From assembly GCA_032718475.1 (NCBI GenBank), contig JAUCBJ010007936.1, forward strand, positions 160,186-224,185: DNA of 64,000 nt, given 5' to 3'. The position numbers were made by a program, and so were the translations under genes. Below the pieces are notes generated by a model. The model saw only the letters and a program-made list of their open reading frames with translations. It was not told the DNA's origin and did not search any database. This DNA comes from Nemertoderma westbladi (taxonomy: Eukaryota > Animalia > Xenacoelomorpha). Of the stretch, positions 27,401 through 38,629 are shown in pieces. Positions within the stretch are counted from its first letter, which is position 1. Every line of letters starts with the position of its first letter.

Positions 27401-27559
27401 AAGAAATTTACTAGAAATTTACTCCCACTTTGTGCTCACAACCCATAAAAAATTATAATTTGAAAGTTATGTGTTTTAAATCAAGAGGTGTGAAAACTTA
27501 AATGCGATTTACTCAAAACTGTCCAAATTGAGATACGGCTTTTTACCTTAGAAGGGCAG
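24440..27559 (+). mobile_element. Sola1-like DNA transposon nested in Gypsy element 2
   Basis: TIRs CTGCCCTTCTAAGGTAAAA... and ...TTTTACCTTAGAAGGGCAG; perfect 4-bp TSD CGTA. Confidence 0.92.
24915..27118 (+). pseudogene. Sola1-type transposase, frameshifted
   Basis: VCRKFFLTTLG, DRRGRH, HYRREH, DMEKVMMLP, WHEGVTGR, WLDNCGYQNKN, GHTQNACDSVH. Frameshifts near 25000, 25400 and 26930. Confidence 0.88.
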
Positions 27560-27623
27560 CGTAGCTGGTATAACTTCACACGGAAATGGGTTTAAACTCA
27601 ACCACGTTGAGTGGAGCGACGAA

Positions 27624-30250
27624 ATGGGCTGGATCAAGAAGAAGCCAGCACCACTGCCGTATCTAAACGTCTCTATTGAGCTACTGGTAAAGGCACATAA
27701 GGAAATGCATCAAGAATCATCTATAAATCAAGTTAAACGAAGACAAAGCGTGACTATATCAAGTTGTGCTGATACAGGTGCCCAAGTAACTGTTGCTGGA
27801 CCAGACGTAATGCAAACATTAGGCATTGAACATAAACATTTAATACCTGTGACACAGAACATCAGCACTGCCGGTGATATGAAAATGAATATATTGGGGG
27901 CTGCATTCTTGAAAATATCACCGGCTTTGCGGGGAAAGCCTTATGTTTCAACAAATCAACTCTGCTATTTCACAAAGGAATGCAAGGGTATTTATTTAAG
28001 CTGAGTAGCCTGCATTGATTTAGGTATTATATCCCCAAACTTTCCAAAATGTTCCTCAGCAATGTCATTAGCCACAATACAAGGAAATGCTAAGGCACAT
28101 GACATAAATGCAACCAACAATCAGTTAGCAGAGTGTGGTTGTCTGCTGAGATCCAAGCCACCCCCTCTACCAAATGCACTCCCTTTCAATACCTCAGATA
28201 CTGATAAGTTAGCATCATGGATTCTCGATTATTACGGGTCATCAGCATTCAACACATGTGAGCATCAGCCTCTTCCCCTGATGCATGGCGAACCACTTAA
28301 GATAATCTTAAAGCCTGATGCATCTCCTGTTGCAGTCCATGTCCCTATACCAATACCAATTCATTTCCAAGACAAAGTAAAAAATGACCTCGTTAGGGAT
28401 TGCAATCTTGGAGTTTTAGAAAAGGTTCCTGTAAACACACCAGCAGATTGGATACATCGTATGGTCATAGTTCCCAAGAAAGATGGAACTCCACGGCGAA
28501 CAATTGATTATCAACCCTTGAATAACAATTCCATCCGCCAAACCCATCACACCATATCGCCATATCATCAAGCCATGAGCATTCCACCAGATACTAAGAA
28601 GACTGTATTGGATGCATGGAATGGATACCATTCAGTGTTACTAGATCCAGAATCACGAAAGCTAACCACTTTCATCACCCCATGGGGTACTTATCGTTAT
28701 AGAACATCACCACAGGGATATATTGCATCTGGAGATGCTTACACTCACCGCTATGACGAAATTATTAAAAACGTCGAAAATAAAACTAAATGTGTAGACG
28801 ACACCCTACTTTGGAACAACAATGTAGAAGACAGTTTTTGGCACACATGCAAATATATTGAGTTGTGTTCCAACAATGGTATCACATTTAATCCAAAGAT
28901 ATTTAAATTTGCACAAGATACTGTTGATTTTGCGGGATTTGAGATAACTCCATCAGCTGTTCGACCTTCAAAACAATTCCTGGATTCAATTAGAAATTTC
29001 CCCACACCAAAAAATATAACAGGCATAAGATCATTTTTTGGACTAATAAATCAAGTGAACTACGCATTCTCAATGACTGATACATTGTCACCATTTAGGG
29101 ATCTACTAAAACCAACTGTAAAGTTTTACTGGGATGAGCAGCTTCAAACCTTATTTGAAAATACGAAATTAGAGATAATCGATAAAATTCAACATGGTGT
29201 TCGAATGTTTAATCGTACAAAAATTACTTGTCTGGCCACTGATTGGTCGAAAGATGGCATCGGATTTCTCCTCACCCAGAAACACTGTGGTTGTGAAGTC
29301 ATAAAACCAAATTGCTGCTGCGATGGTTGGAAACTTATCCTTGCAGGTTCAAGATTTACAACACCAACTGAAAGCAGGTATGCCCCTGTAGAAGGTGAGG
29401 CATTATCAATTATTTATGGCCTTGAAAAATCAAAGCATTTCATATTAGGTTGCAAAAAACTAATAGTTGCAACTGATCACAAACCCTTAATCAAAATATT
29501 TGGAGATAGGGAACTAAAGGACATCAGCAATCCGCGGCTCCTTAAATTAAAAGAAAAGTCACTCCTGTTCAGCTTTGACATCATCCATGTCCCAGGGAAG
29601 CATCAAAATGGCGCGGATGCCATGTCAAGACATCCGACTAACACCGATGATTCATATAAAAGTATAGTTTCCTTAATTTTATCATCAATAAGGATTTGCG
29701 AGCAAGAATCGGAAAACCACACAAATGATGATATTGACATTATGGAAACAACTGCCAAATTTGCATTACATGGTGTAGATGAAATACAGGCAGTTACTTG
29801 GCAACGAGTACAACATGAGTCATCAATAGATCCCACCATGGCTGCTCTGAAAGAATTCATTTCAAACGGCTTTCCAGCCACAGAAGAAGATCTCCCAAAC
29901 AATTTAAGAGAATATTTCAAACTGACGGACGATCTGACAGAATGTGATGGTGTTATTATTTACATGGGTCGAGTCATGATACCTCAAACACTACGTCGTG
30001 AAATCTTAGAGGGCCTCCACTCTGCTCACCAAGGCGTTACTGGAATGACTGCCAGAGCTGCTACATCTATCTTCTGGCCCGGACTCAATAAATCTATTCG
30101 AGATATTAGAGATCGGTGTAAAACATGCAACACCATAGCACCATCACAACCAGATGAACCCCCAATTATATCCCCGCCCCCACAATACCCATTTGAACAA
30201 ATATGCGCTGACTATTGCCAAGTAAATGGTGCCAACTACTTACTTGTCCT
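27624..30250 (+). pseudogene. pol (PR-RT-RH-partial IN) of Gypsy element 2
   Basis: ORFs 27624-28004 and 28062-30296 are in the same frame, separated by one stop. Similarity ends inside the integrase. Confidence 0.9.
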
Positions 30251-30396
30251 TGTAATGGTAACTGCTGAACTGTACTTACTACAGTACCGGTACTAATGTA
30301 GCAGTAGTACCTGTGTAATAAACTGACTAATTTGTACTGTAATTTACACAAAGATAGTATTGGGTATCTGAATGTTGGTAAATGGGATCCCGGGTG

Positions 30397-30575
30397 TATA
30401 GTGATGTCACGACCAATCACAGATCGTTTTCAAATTTTGAATAATTTTTAAACTGAAAACACCAATATCTCGGCTATTTTAGCATCTTATTGAATTCTGT
30501 AAACGCCATTGTGTTTCTGTGATATTATTGCATCTAATTAATCTGGTTTTGAATTTGAGTCGTGAACCCCATTGG
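30397..30575. repeat. Interspersed repeat, inverted copy of 9731-9903
   Basis: Reverse complement matches 9731-9903 with few differences. Confidence 0.8.
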
Positions 30576-30943
30576 ATGTCTCCACGAGAAAGAGCACAAA
30601 ATTGTAATTGAGAAGGTATTTTTTTATGATTATTGGACCTACTTGTCAGTTAATAAGACAACTTCAATTTACTTTTTACTTTACAGCCTATACTGCAAAG
30701 AAATATTTTATCAATCTATAATTGTGCCCGTAGTGGAACATGCATCTCTGGTAAGTCGAAATTTCGAAAAAAAAAATTCAAAAAACAAGTTGAAAAATCG
30801 TTTGCTTAGTTCTTAATGTAGTTTGTATATTATATCGTTGCTAGCAACAACCCATAAAAATGTCACTGTGTTCAGTTCATTGCGATCCATTTTGTTCTAT
30901 AATAGCATATAATTTGAAATAGTTCACGAAATATGCATGATAA

Positions 30944-33130
30944 CTAAATAATATAGTGCTTTTTTGAGTTGAATTGGGAACGCTGAGCTCTTGCTGCCAA
31001 CTTTGACCTGATCAGTTTATCCCGGGAATCCTCTCCGACAACAACAGCTGACACCTCGGTTACAACACGGATCAATCTTTCAACAGATTGTGTGATACAA
31101 GGAAAGTTGAAAGGTGAATGAATTGGTGGACTCTCGATGAAGGATCGAAGTTCAGCTGTTGACCAGTTGAGAGTAAGAGGGGGCTCAGTTATCAGTTCAT
31201 CAGGATTGTTCCAGTCAATAAGTTCAAAATAGTCTGAAGCATCGAAACGCACCGTCGGAATGGAAAAATGCCTGCAAGTACAACGCTGAATCTCTCGCGT
31301 TTTCATAATTCGCCTGTACCCAAGTTCCCTAACAAATTGCCTGGGATCATGGATCATAGCTAGAAGTACTGCCTCAGGATGTGCAAAGTAAGCATTCGAT
31401 TGGAGTACCATATCAACAACATTCTTGTGAATTGGGTCCAGGTATCGAGTCCATTTGACCAGGTAGAAGAAGTTCGATGTACCATCCTGGAGCAGGGATG
31501 AATGTTTTATAAGGAACCAGACTGGTGCATATACTTGGACAATATATCTTACAAGTGTGCAGAGTCCCAAAGATGGATCGATGGTGCTGATGTACATGCG
31601 ACAAAGTCTGTTTGCAGTAGTGAGCCATCTTGCATGTGAAATCTTGCCTGGCTCAGATGCAGCCAAGGATTCTGAACAGGAACCTTCAATAATGCTCAGA
31701 GATATCTTGTACATGAACTTCTGGTCTGTACTCAAGTTTGATATAATTTCATCGTCAAGATGATGGAAATTTGGAGATGCTATCTTCGCAAAGGCGGCAA
31801 CTGGTAACATGGTAATTGATGGCTTATTCGAAGTCAACTGCTTGCCGATTGGACCTGTAAATGCAGTTGGACCAGATGTTGGCCCATCAACGGAGGTAAA
31901 CAAATGATGAAATGGTAGTTCATTAAGATGGAGCATGCAAATTGCCCAGTGCATTGGCTTGTTAAGTTTTTTCTCCAACCGACTTATGATTCCAAATTTG
32001 TGCCCTGTGTTCGTGTTTGTCCCATCACATCCAACAACCACAAGCTCACTGATAGAGATCCCATTTAACTCTAATTTAGCCAAGATGGCAGATAAAATAT
32101 CAGCAGAGCCTCCAGAATTGGGTGTGACATGTGCCAAGTACTCACCTCCAGGCTCACTGACTAGAACATAGTGTTCTTCTTTCTTTGTTTTGATGTGGCC
32201 TTCTGCAGAATCGTCACGTACTTTTGTTTGATCTTTTCGTCCATCGAAGTACAGTGATTGTAGGTTTGTTGTAGCTGAATGTTGATTAAGGAGGCCCAAC
32301 TGTAAAGATTTCCTTGCTCGTCTCATCTTGCCCGCATCAATGACACTAGACACACTGAAATCCGGTAAACAGTCCTGGAGTGTGGCTATCGCAATGGCAG
32401 CAGCTGCACGATTAGAGATTCCATAACGGTCTGCCTCACGAGAAACTTTCTGCAGCTGACACCTGTTCTGTGATTGTTGCTCCAAAGAAGACTTGAGTGA
32501 TCCTGGTACATGATCAGACTCACCTCCATCATCTTCCACGTCCATGACACGATCAGTCTCTGAAAGCGGCATAATACATGACTGACACCTCTCTAACTCA
32601 CCAATCTGACGTTTTTCAGCATCCAATCTTCTCTTCTCCATCTTCTTGCGTTTGACTAGGTCGACGCGATCAACACCACCAATTGCCAGTTGTCTCTTTC
32701 CACACTGATCAACTATGAACTGAGTTTCAGCTTTATGTTGATTACTTGCAGAGATAACATCAAACAATTGATCACATGTCTTCCTGTATTCTTCCACACG
32801 CTCAATGAAAAAAGGCCTGGACTGTCGGCTCTTTGGCACCTTGTAGATCTTCTCGCGGATGTCCTTCCACTCAGCAACAATCTTGTTCACAATGGAAGTG
32901 AACATAAAAGTCTCCACAGTTGCCTTGGCGTACACTTCCATTATCCCATGAGCCACAATTTCGGCTGTCTTTCGTAGTTCAGGTTCCTGACTTGTTCCCG
33001 AGACTCGCTGCTGTTCAAGTTTCGTGAATGCGAAAAACCTCCAAACATCTCCAGTCGTTGGTAATTGGTGCTGCGGCAAAGGAGCTGGATGGCCAAAGAT
33101 AGCATCTGTTGCAGAACGAGTTGTTGCCAT
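30944..33130 (-). CDS. hAT-superfamily (hATm-like) transposase, intact 728-aa ORF
   Basis: LYFDGRKD (D), GCDGTNTNTG (D), ICMLHLNELP (CxxH), HARWLTTANR (RW), NAYFAHPE, TQSVERLI (E). No stops or frameshifts. Confidence 0.88.
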   Translation of the reverse strand: MATTRSATDAIFGHPAPLPQHQLPTTGDVWRFFAFTKLEQQRVSGTSQEPELRKTAEIVAHGIMEVYAKATVETFMFTSIVNKIVAEWKDIREKIYKVPKSRQSRPFFIERVEEYRKTCDQLFDVISASNQHKAETQFIVDQCGKRQLAIGGVDRVDLVKRKKMEKRRLDAEKRQIGELERCQSCIMPLSETDRVMDVEDDGGESDHVPGSLKSSLEQQSQNRCQLQKVSREADRYGISNRAAAAIAIATLQDCLPDFSVSSVIDAGKMRRARKSLQLGLLNQHSATTNLQSLYFDGRKDQTKVRDDSAEGHIKTKKEEHYVLVSEPGGEYLAHVTPNSGGSADILSAILAKLELNGISISELVVVGCDGTNTNTGHKFGIISRLEKKLNKPMHWAICMLHLNELPFHHLFTSVDGPTSGPTAFTGPIGKQLTSNKPSITMLPVAAFAKIASPNFHHLDDEIISNLSTDQKFMYKISLSIIEGSCSESLAASEPGKISHARWLTTANRLCRMYISTIDPSLGLCTLVRYIVQVYAPVWFLIKHSSLLQDGTSNFFYLVKWTRYLDPIHKNVVDMVLQSNAYFAHPEAVLLAMIHDPRQFVRELGYRRIMKTREIQRCTCRHFSIPTVRFDASDYFELIDWNNPDELITEPPLTLNWSTAELRSFIESPPIHSPFNFPCITQSVERLIRVVTEVSAVVVGEDSRDKLIRSKLAARAQRSQFNSKKHYII

Positions 33131-33499
33131 GGCCTATATTAATACGATATTAATTCTCTATTATCCTAATATAGCTACTATAATTCGAAAAAACATGCAA
33201 GTAAAATTAGTCCAAAAAGTGGGTCGAGTAACACAGTAATACCGCTAGGCCTGCCTACCGCTACCGGTATTTCGTTATTCACCTAAGCTGACAAACAGAG
33301 AACGAATTGATCCAGTTAAGAGATATTCTAGAATGCCAAAAGTTATTGTTACCATGGATACAAAGAACTATGTTTGCAGTGAGTTCATATTCTTTCTATT
33401 ATAAATTAATATATTAATATTGGGTTTCTCCTATAACTATTACCTACTCACTCTGTAACTTTTAATATATTAAAGAAAGCAGTTAGAAATTCGATTTTG

Positions 33500-34004
33500 T
33501 TTCGAAATTTCGACTCCTCTAGACACATGTTCCTCTTTATAGATTGTTCTAATATTTTCGATACTTTATAGGATACCCAAATCTGACATTACTAGTGAAA
33601 ATCTAAGAGACTGGCCAAAGTTCTCATGTTTTAACAATTTTTCCAAAATTTGAATTTTTTCGAAAAATTCAATTTTTTTCGAAATTTCGACTCACCAGAG
33701 AGACATTTTCCATTAAATAGATTGATCTAATATTTTGGATATTTCACAAGATAGCCAAATCTGACATTCCTACCGAAAATTTAAGAGATTTGGCCAAAGT
33801 TGAAGTGTTTCACCAATGTTTCAAAATGTCGATTTTTTTCGAAAAATTTGCTTTTTTCAAAATTTTGATCCCCTTGGAGACACATGTTCCACTGCATAGA
33901 TCACTCTAATATTTTGGATATTTCATCAGATAGCCAAACGTCACTTTTCTATTGAAAAGCTAAGGGATCGGCAAAAGTTCATGATTTTCACCGCACCCAT
34001 GCTA
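33500..34004. repeat. Three ~178-bp subterminal repeats and probable 5' terminus of the hATm-like element
   Basis: Units start near 33501, 33679 and 33857 (TTCGAAATTTCGACTC...ATATTTT.GATA...GCCAAAGTT). A partial inverted copy lies at about 30731-30780. The minus strand begins TAGCATGGGTGCGG at 34004. Confidence 0.7.
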
Positions 34005-34813
34005 TTTTTATGTGCGGGTTTCTGGGCGATTTTTTTTGTACTTTTACCAAGTCTATTTTTACCTTTATTGAAGCTTTTTTTGCCTTTTCTAACTTACTTG
34101 TTTTTAAGTGAGATGGGTTACTGGCCTACTTATACAGTAATTACCATTAATCCCGAGGAATTATGTGGAAATTTCAAATTAGAAGTGAAATGATACTAAC
34201 ACTCTTCGCCGCATGTATTTGGTTCAAGTTGTTGTTAAAGTAGTAGCGTTGTTGTAGGAAATGGTCCTCATTATTATTGCCCGCCAGGGTCAATGTAACC
34301 AAGCAGAATAGCATAAATAATTTGATATTCATTATCTTTGTAGAGTGAATAGACCAGTTAATACCATAAACTTACTTAGAGTAGAATAATATCGTAATAA
34401 GGTTGGTTCGTTAATTATTATGAATTGAACAAAGAAATAAACAAAAATAGAGATTATGTCAATTTGTTAAAACGATAAACTAGTAAAAACTAGTAAAAAA
34501 AATATGCATTTTATCCTTTTAAAGAATAATTACTATTTCGACTTGTATTGATCAACATGAACTCCGCAACTAAAATTATTTATAAGTAAAGTTACCCGAC
34601 GCAATATTAATGCTTTTATAACTGTTTAAGCAGCAGTAGTTCAACAAAGCTTTTATTATTCGCTAGACGATGTCCTTCTTCACGCAGTTAGGGTTCCTAT
34701 ATTGGGGTTCCTATAAACAGGTTGAATTTTGTTTTCTAGTTTTATACTGTAACTTCGAAAATTATGACAATCATACGGAGCCCCTAAGGTGACAAGAATA
34801 ATAAAAAAATATT

Positions 34814-34974
34814 CTAACACGAACTTCGTCTTACTATCACGAACTTCGCCTTACTAACACGAACTTCGTCTTACTAACACGAACTTCGTGTTACTAACAC
34901 GAAGTACGTCTTACTAACACGAACTTCGTGTTACTAACACGAACATCGTCTTACTAACACGAACTTCGTGTTAG
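34814..34974. repeat. 8 x 20-bp quasi-palindromic subterminal repeat
   Basis: Unit CTAACACGAACTTCGT(C/G)TTA; about 1.5 inverted copies at 35787-35820. Confidence 0.92.
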
Positions 34975-35120
34975 GGAGGAGGGAAATTCAAATTTCTAGG
35001 GTATGGTATTATATTTCAATCATATAGGTACCACTACCGGTACTGTACTGCATCACTGGTCTACTGCACTATCTGACTAGGGCCAAATGTACTAAGGACT
35101 GTTATTTATCAGTAACGATA

Positions 35121-35789
35121 ATGGATGGTACCGGTATGGCAAACCCTACCATGTTTGAATACATGAAGAACAGAGGTATTCGAGAATAATTAATAAATAA
35201 AATGCGTGAGGATAGGGTTGATGAAGACGTGGTTCGAATAATGTCGGATTCTCAATTACAGGAATACATACCATGTTATGACTATCGCGTCCTTGTTACC
35301 GCTTTTTGTAATCTCAATGAAACCGCCAGGAGTTGTACCGGTACCGGAACTCACCTTGCAAGTGCCGGTAGTTTAAGTCGAAAAGAAGACACACTCGCTC
35401 GTTTGCGTAGCCGCCTTTCCAGCAAACGTAAGAATCCGACGAAGGTGAATGAACCGGGTCCGTCGAAGTGCACCCGTCGTGTTGAGTTGGGCTGGATGCA
35501 CTTTCGGGATGACGAAACTTACAAACAAATTCGCACTTCCTCTGGTGGTGGAATTCGACATCTAACTGTCGACCGGCACACGTCTGTATCTGAAGTACTG
35601 AAGACCGGAGAAGGGTTATTTTTTGCCGGCAGCGTTTCCGCTCAAAGAGCCCTGAAGGATTTAATTCTGGAAATCCGGGACTTTCAGGGTAATTGTTTCG
35701 AAGACGATTCTATAACTATCGATGAGTTATATGATGTTACGAAGCTAAACATGTTGCGGTTGTATTTGTATTCACGTCGAGTCGAGTAA
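35121..35789 (+). pseudogene. Truncated non-transposase gene inside the IS3EU-like element
   Basis: Frame extends upstream of the 195-aa ORF through one stop (MFEYMKNRGIRE*LINKMREDRVD...). The N-terminus looks SAM-like, followed by RRVELGWMH...GGGIRHL. The stop codon is supplied by the right subterminal repeat. Confidence 0.55.
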
Positions 35790-37247
35790 CACGAAGTTAG
35801 TAACACGAAGTTCGTGTTAGAATTTTTTTATATTTTTAATGTCCCCTTAGGGGCTCCATACAATCACCTAAACGTCGATAAAATAATAAAGCCGCCAGTC
35901 TTGAAAAGGCTTGAAATGTATTACATTCAAACACGCAAGGCCGCTACCAATCAGCAGAAACGTGATTGGCATAAGTTTGCGGTGCTGCTTCCCAGTGGCT
36001 GGTTACCTACAGACCTCTCTCTTCATTCAATACTCGTTCTGTCTCCCTTTGTGAATTTCTCTCTACATTTCCTGGCTTGGCCTCTTGAGAATGCCTTCAG
36101 CTGCGGGGCGAAACCTACCGATCAGCTGGCTGCTGTCTTTTGATCACTGATTGCATGCAACGTCTAGGTCGTGCTGCTTTTAGTTTTTTACATACCTTGG
36201 TAAGGTTTTTACTTAACATGCTTGATAATAAATAAATATAATTATTAAAAATAATAATTATTAATATTAACATATTAGTTTTGAAGAAAAAATATTTTTT
36301 AGCGTTTTTGCCTGAGTGGGTTTATGTTTTAAATCTAAATAGCGAAGCAGTGTTACAAAAAAAGAGGGTCCTAACGCTATAATATTGTGCTACTGCTCAA
36401 AATTATTTTGGTAATTTATTCTTCTTAAATAAACTTTTTCGCTTTATTGTATTGTATTAAATTCGTATTAAAACTAAAATAGTAGCTTATAAAATAAATA
36501 GACGTAAAACAGGAGAACGGAGGTGCAATAAGTTAAACTTTTCTGACAATTTTCTAGAACTTTTGATACATATGTAAGTAATGTAAACTTCTTAATTATT
36601 CACAGATGGTTTGTTTCATATAATATATCAATAAAACGCTCATTATTTTAACCGAAACACCGCCCATCCACATTGGTGTTCCATCAATGGGTACATTCAC
36701 AACTAACAGCTAATTATGAAGTTGATTGATAAATCTACTTCACGATAAACTGCGTATTATAAACTCGATAATTCGATTTTACGCAGAAAGACTGCGCCTT
36801 TAAACTTTGCAATTAATTAAGAAGTTTGTATGTCTAAGAATAATTGATTAAAACTTCAAAACCCGTCAATCAAATGTTATTAATAATTGTATTTGTCAAG
36901 GCGTGTATCTTCTAGGTCGGGTTGTAAACGTACTGATTTCCTCGAAAGATTGGGTGACATTAGTGCCCGCGAGTCATTAGTGCCCACATCATATTTGGAA
37001 GATACGTACTGAGGGCTGAGTGGCGCGTAAAAAGGGCCCCATCGATTACAAAGTGGCACGGGGGGGGGGGCAATTTAACAATATTGGCCAGAACAAACAT
37101 CAGGCTAGTGAGGTGGGGGGGGGGGTACCCCCAAGCCAATTTTTTTTTTAATGGCCATTACTTTGGGTGATACTTTAGTTTAATAGAACTATTTTATCGC
37201 GGCAGCCATTGTATGGAAGGACAAATAGTCGCCAATCCTCGATCTGA

Positions 37248-38240
37248 ATAGTTCTGAAAGTGGACAATTACCGAATGTTTTCGAAAAGGTTAAGCAGGGC
37301 GAAAGCTATCCATTCTCTGATAGTGGGCACATTTCGCACTATCAGCGTTCGATATGAATCATAGACAAAAAAAGAGACGGGCTCTAATTCAAATAATTGC
37401 CGTTTAATTACAAATAAACCTGCACGAAATATATACATTCACTAATTAATACGGTAGAGCAGTAAGCAATGGTTATTGTACTACTGTACGCATATTACCA
37501 ATTGTGGTCTCGTTTCAGCCTATTTTAACATATTAATTTAATTTCGCGAATATTTAATTTTGATATTCATCATATAAGTTGAATACGGTGAATGATGGAC
37601 CTTTTAAAGGAAAGTAGCAGGTTATATTGGCAGGCTTTTCTAACCAAAACAATTAACTGAATTTAGGAACACAGTTTACAGTAAAATTATTAACTCTAGA
37701 GACTAATTTTTCTTATTAATTTAACATAACCCTATGAGAAGGCTGAAACGACACCCCAATTGGCGTTTCCCCTACTGTACAGTGCTAGGCTAGGCTATTG
37801 CAGTAACAGTAATGGGGGTCCCTCCCAACCCTGCACCATCAGGTTCAAACCGCTACCGTCTGACCGCGGGGCGGCGCATTACTGCAATACAGCACTTAGA
37901 GATACTGTAAGGGCTGCTGTACTGACTACTGGTAATAAACTAACGAAATGCCGGTCAGGCCTAATCAACAAGCCTAGCACTGTAGTTTAGTAGAGCTCTG
38001 TGTCAGTGTCAGTGAATTTATATTTCGCGAGGGAATATTTGAAATTAAATAAACGGCAATTATTTGAATTCTAGTGCAAATCTTTATTGTTTATGAATAC
38101 TATCGAACGCCTAAAGTGCGAAATGTGACGCCTATCAGGGAATGGATAGTTTTCACCTCTACTTTAATCTTTTCGATAACATTCGCATTACTTTCGGCAG
38201 AATTTGTTAGATTTCGGTAATTGTCCTTTTTCAGAACTAT
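37248..38240. mobile_element. Old fold-back/MITE with ~200-bp imperfect inverted arms
   Basis: 37248-37443 (ATAGTTCTGAAAG...CATTCACT) is an imperfect reverse complement of 38011-38240. No TSD found. Confidence 0.7.
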
Positions 38241-38629
38241 CATATCGGTCTATGTTTTAAAAATTAATTAAGCAACAAAAAAGTACCAAGTTAAGAATAA
38301 ATTTACGTATTTACTGATCCCGACACACTTGTTAAAAAGACTTTCTGGCAATGCAACCAACATTTTTGGTGCTATTTTGGTTCCCCAGGACGAAAAGTAC
38401 AAGTAAAAAATTTCAAACTAAAACATTTTTTGTTTGGTTTTATAATTCTGAAGGTGCACGTGTTTTCGAGGTCGCTTAATCTCGATGAAACTAGTTATAA
38501 TAAATATTTATGGTAATGCAAACCCAATTTTGGGGCTATTCTGTTAGCCCAGAACGAAAAGTACAAGTAGCAAAAAAATACAAATTTTTAAATTTTGCCT
38601 TTGCCCAATCTAAAATCCCCTGTGTTCTA

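Larger units (their letters stand above)
23704..30250 (+). mobile_element. Gypsy (Mag-like) element 2, 3'-truncated and interrupted by Sola1
   Basis: PBS at 23704. Gag remnants CPRDECTY...H...H and CTYCGQQGH/CLGCSKKGH. After the Sola1 insert: protease ADTGAQ, RT LDAWNGYH/CVDD, RNase H TDWSKDG/TDHKPL, integrase HSAHQG...CKTC cut off after ADY. No 3' LTR seen. Confidence 0.9.
34774..35860 (+). mobile_element. Miniature IS3EU-like DNA transposon (1087 bp)
   Basis: Termini TACGGAGCCCCTAAGGTGACA and TGTCCCCTTAGGGGCTCCATA (TAY..RTA); perfect 6-bp TSD CAATCA. Superfamily assigned from terminus and TSD pattern only. Confidence 0.75.

Noticed and set aside
9731-30575. Single 21-kb element bounded by the inverted 170-bp repeats
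   Set aside because: No TSD or defined termini, and the interior consists of independent elements; more likely two dispersed copies.
34814-34974. Palindromic repeat array as a possible CRISPR
   Set aside because: Head-to-tail repeats with no unique spacers, inside a TIR element, eukaryotic context, no cas genes.
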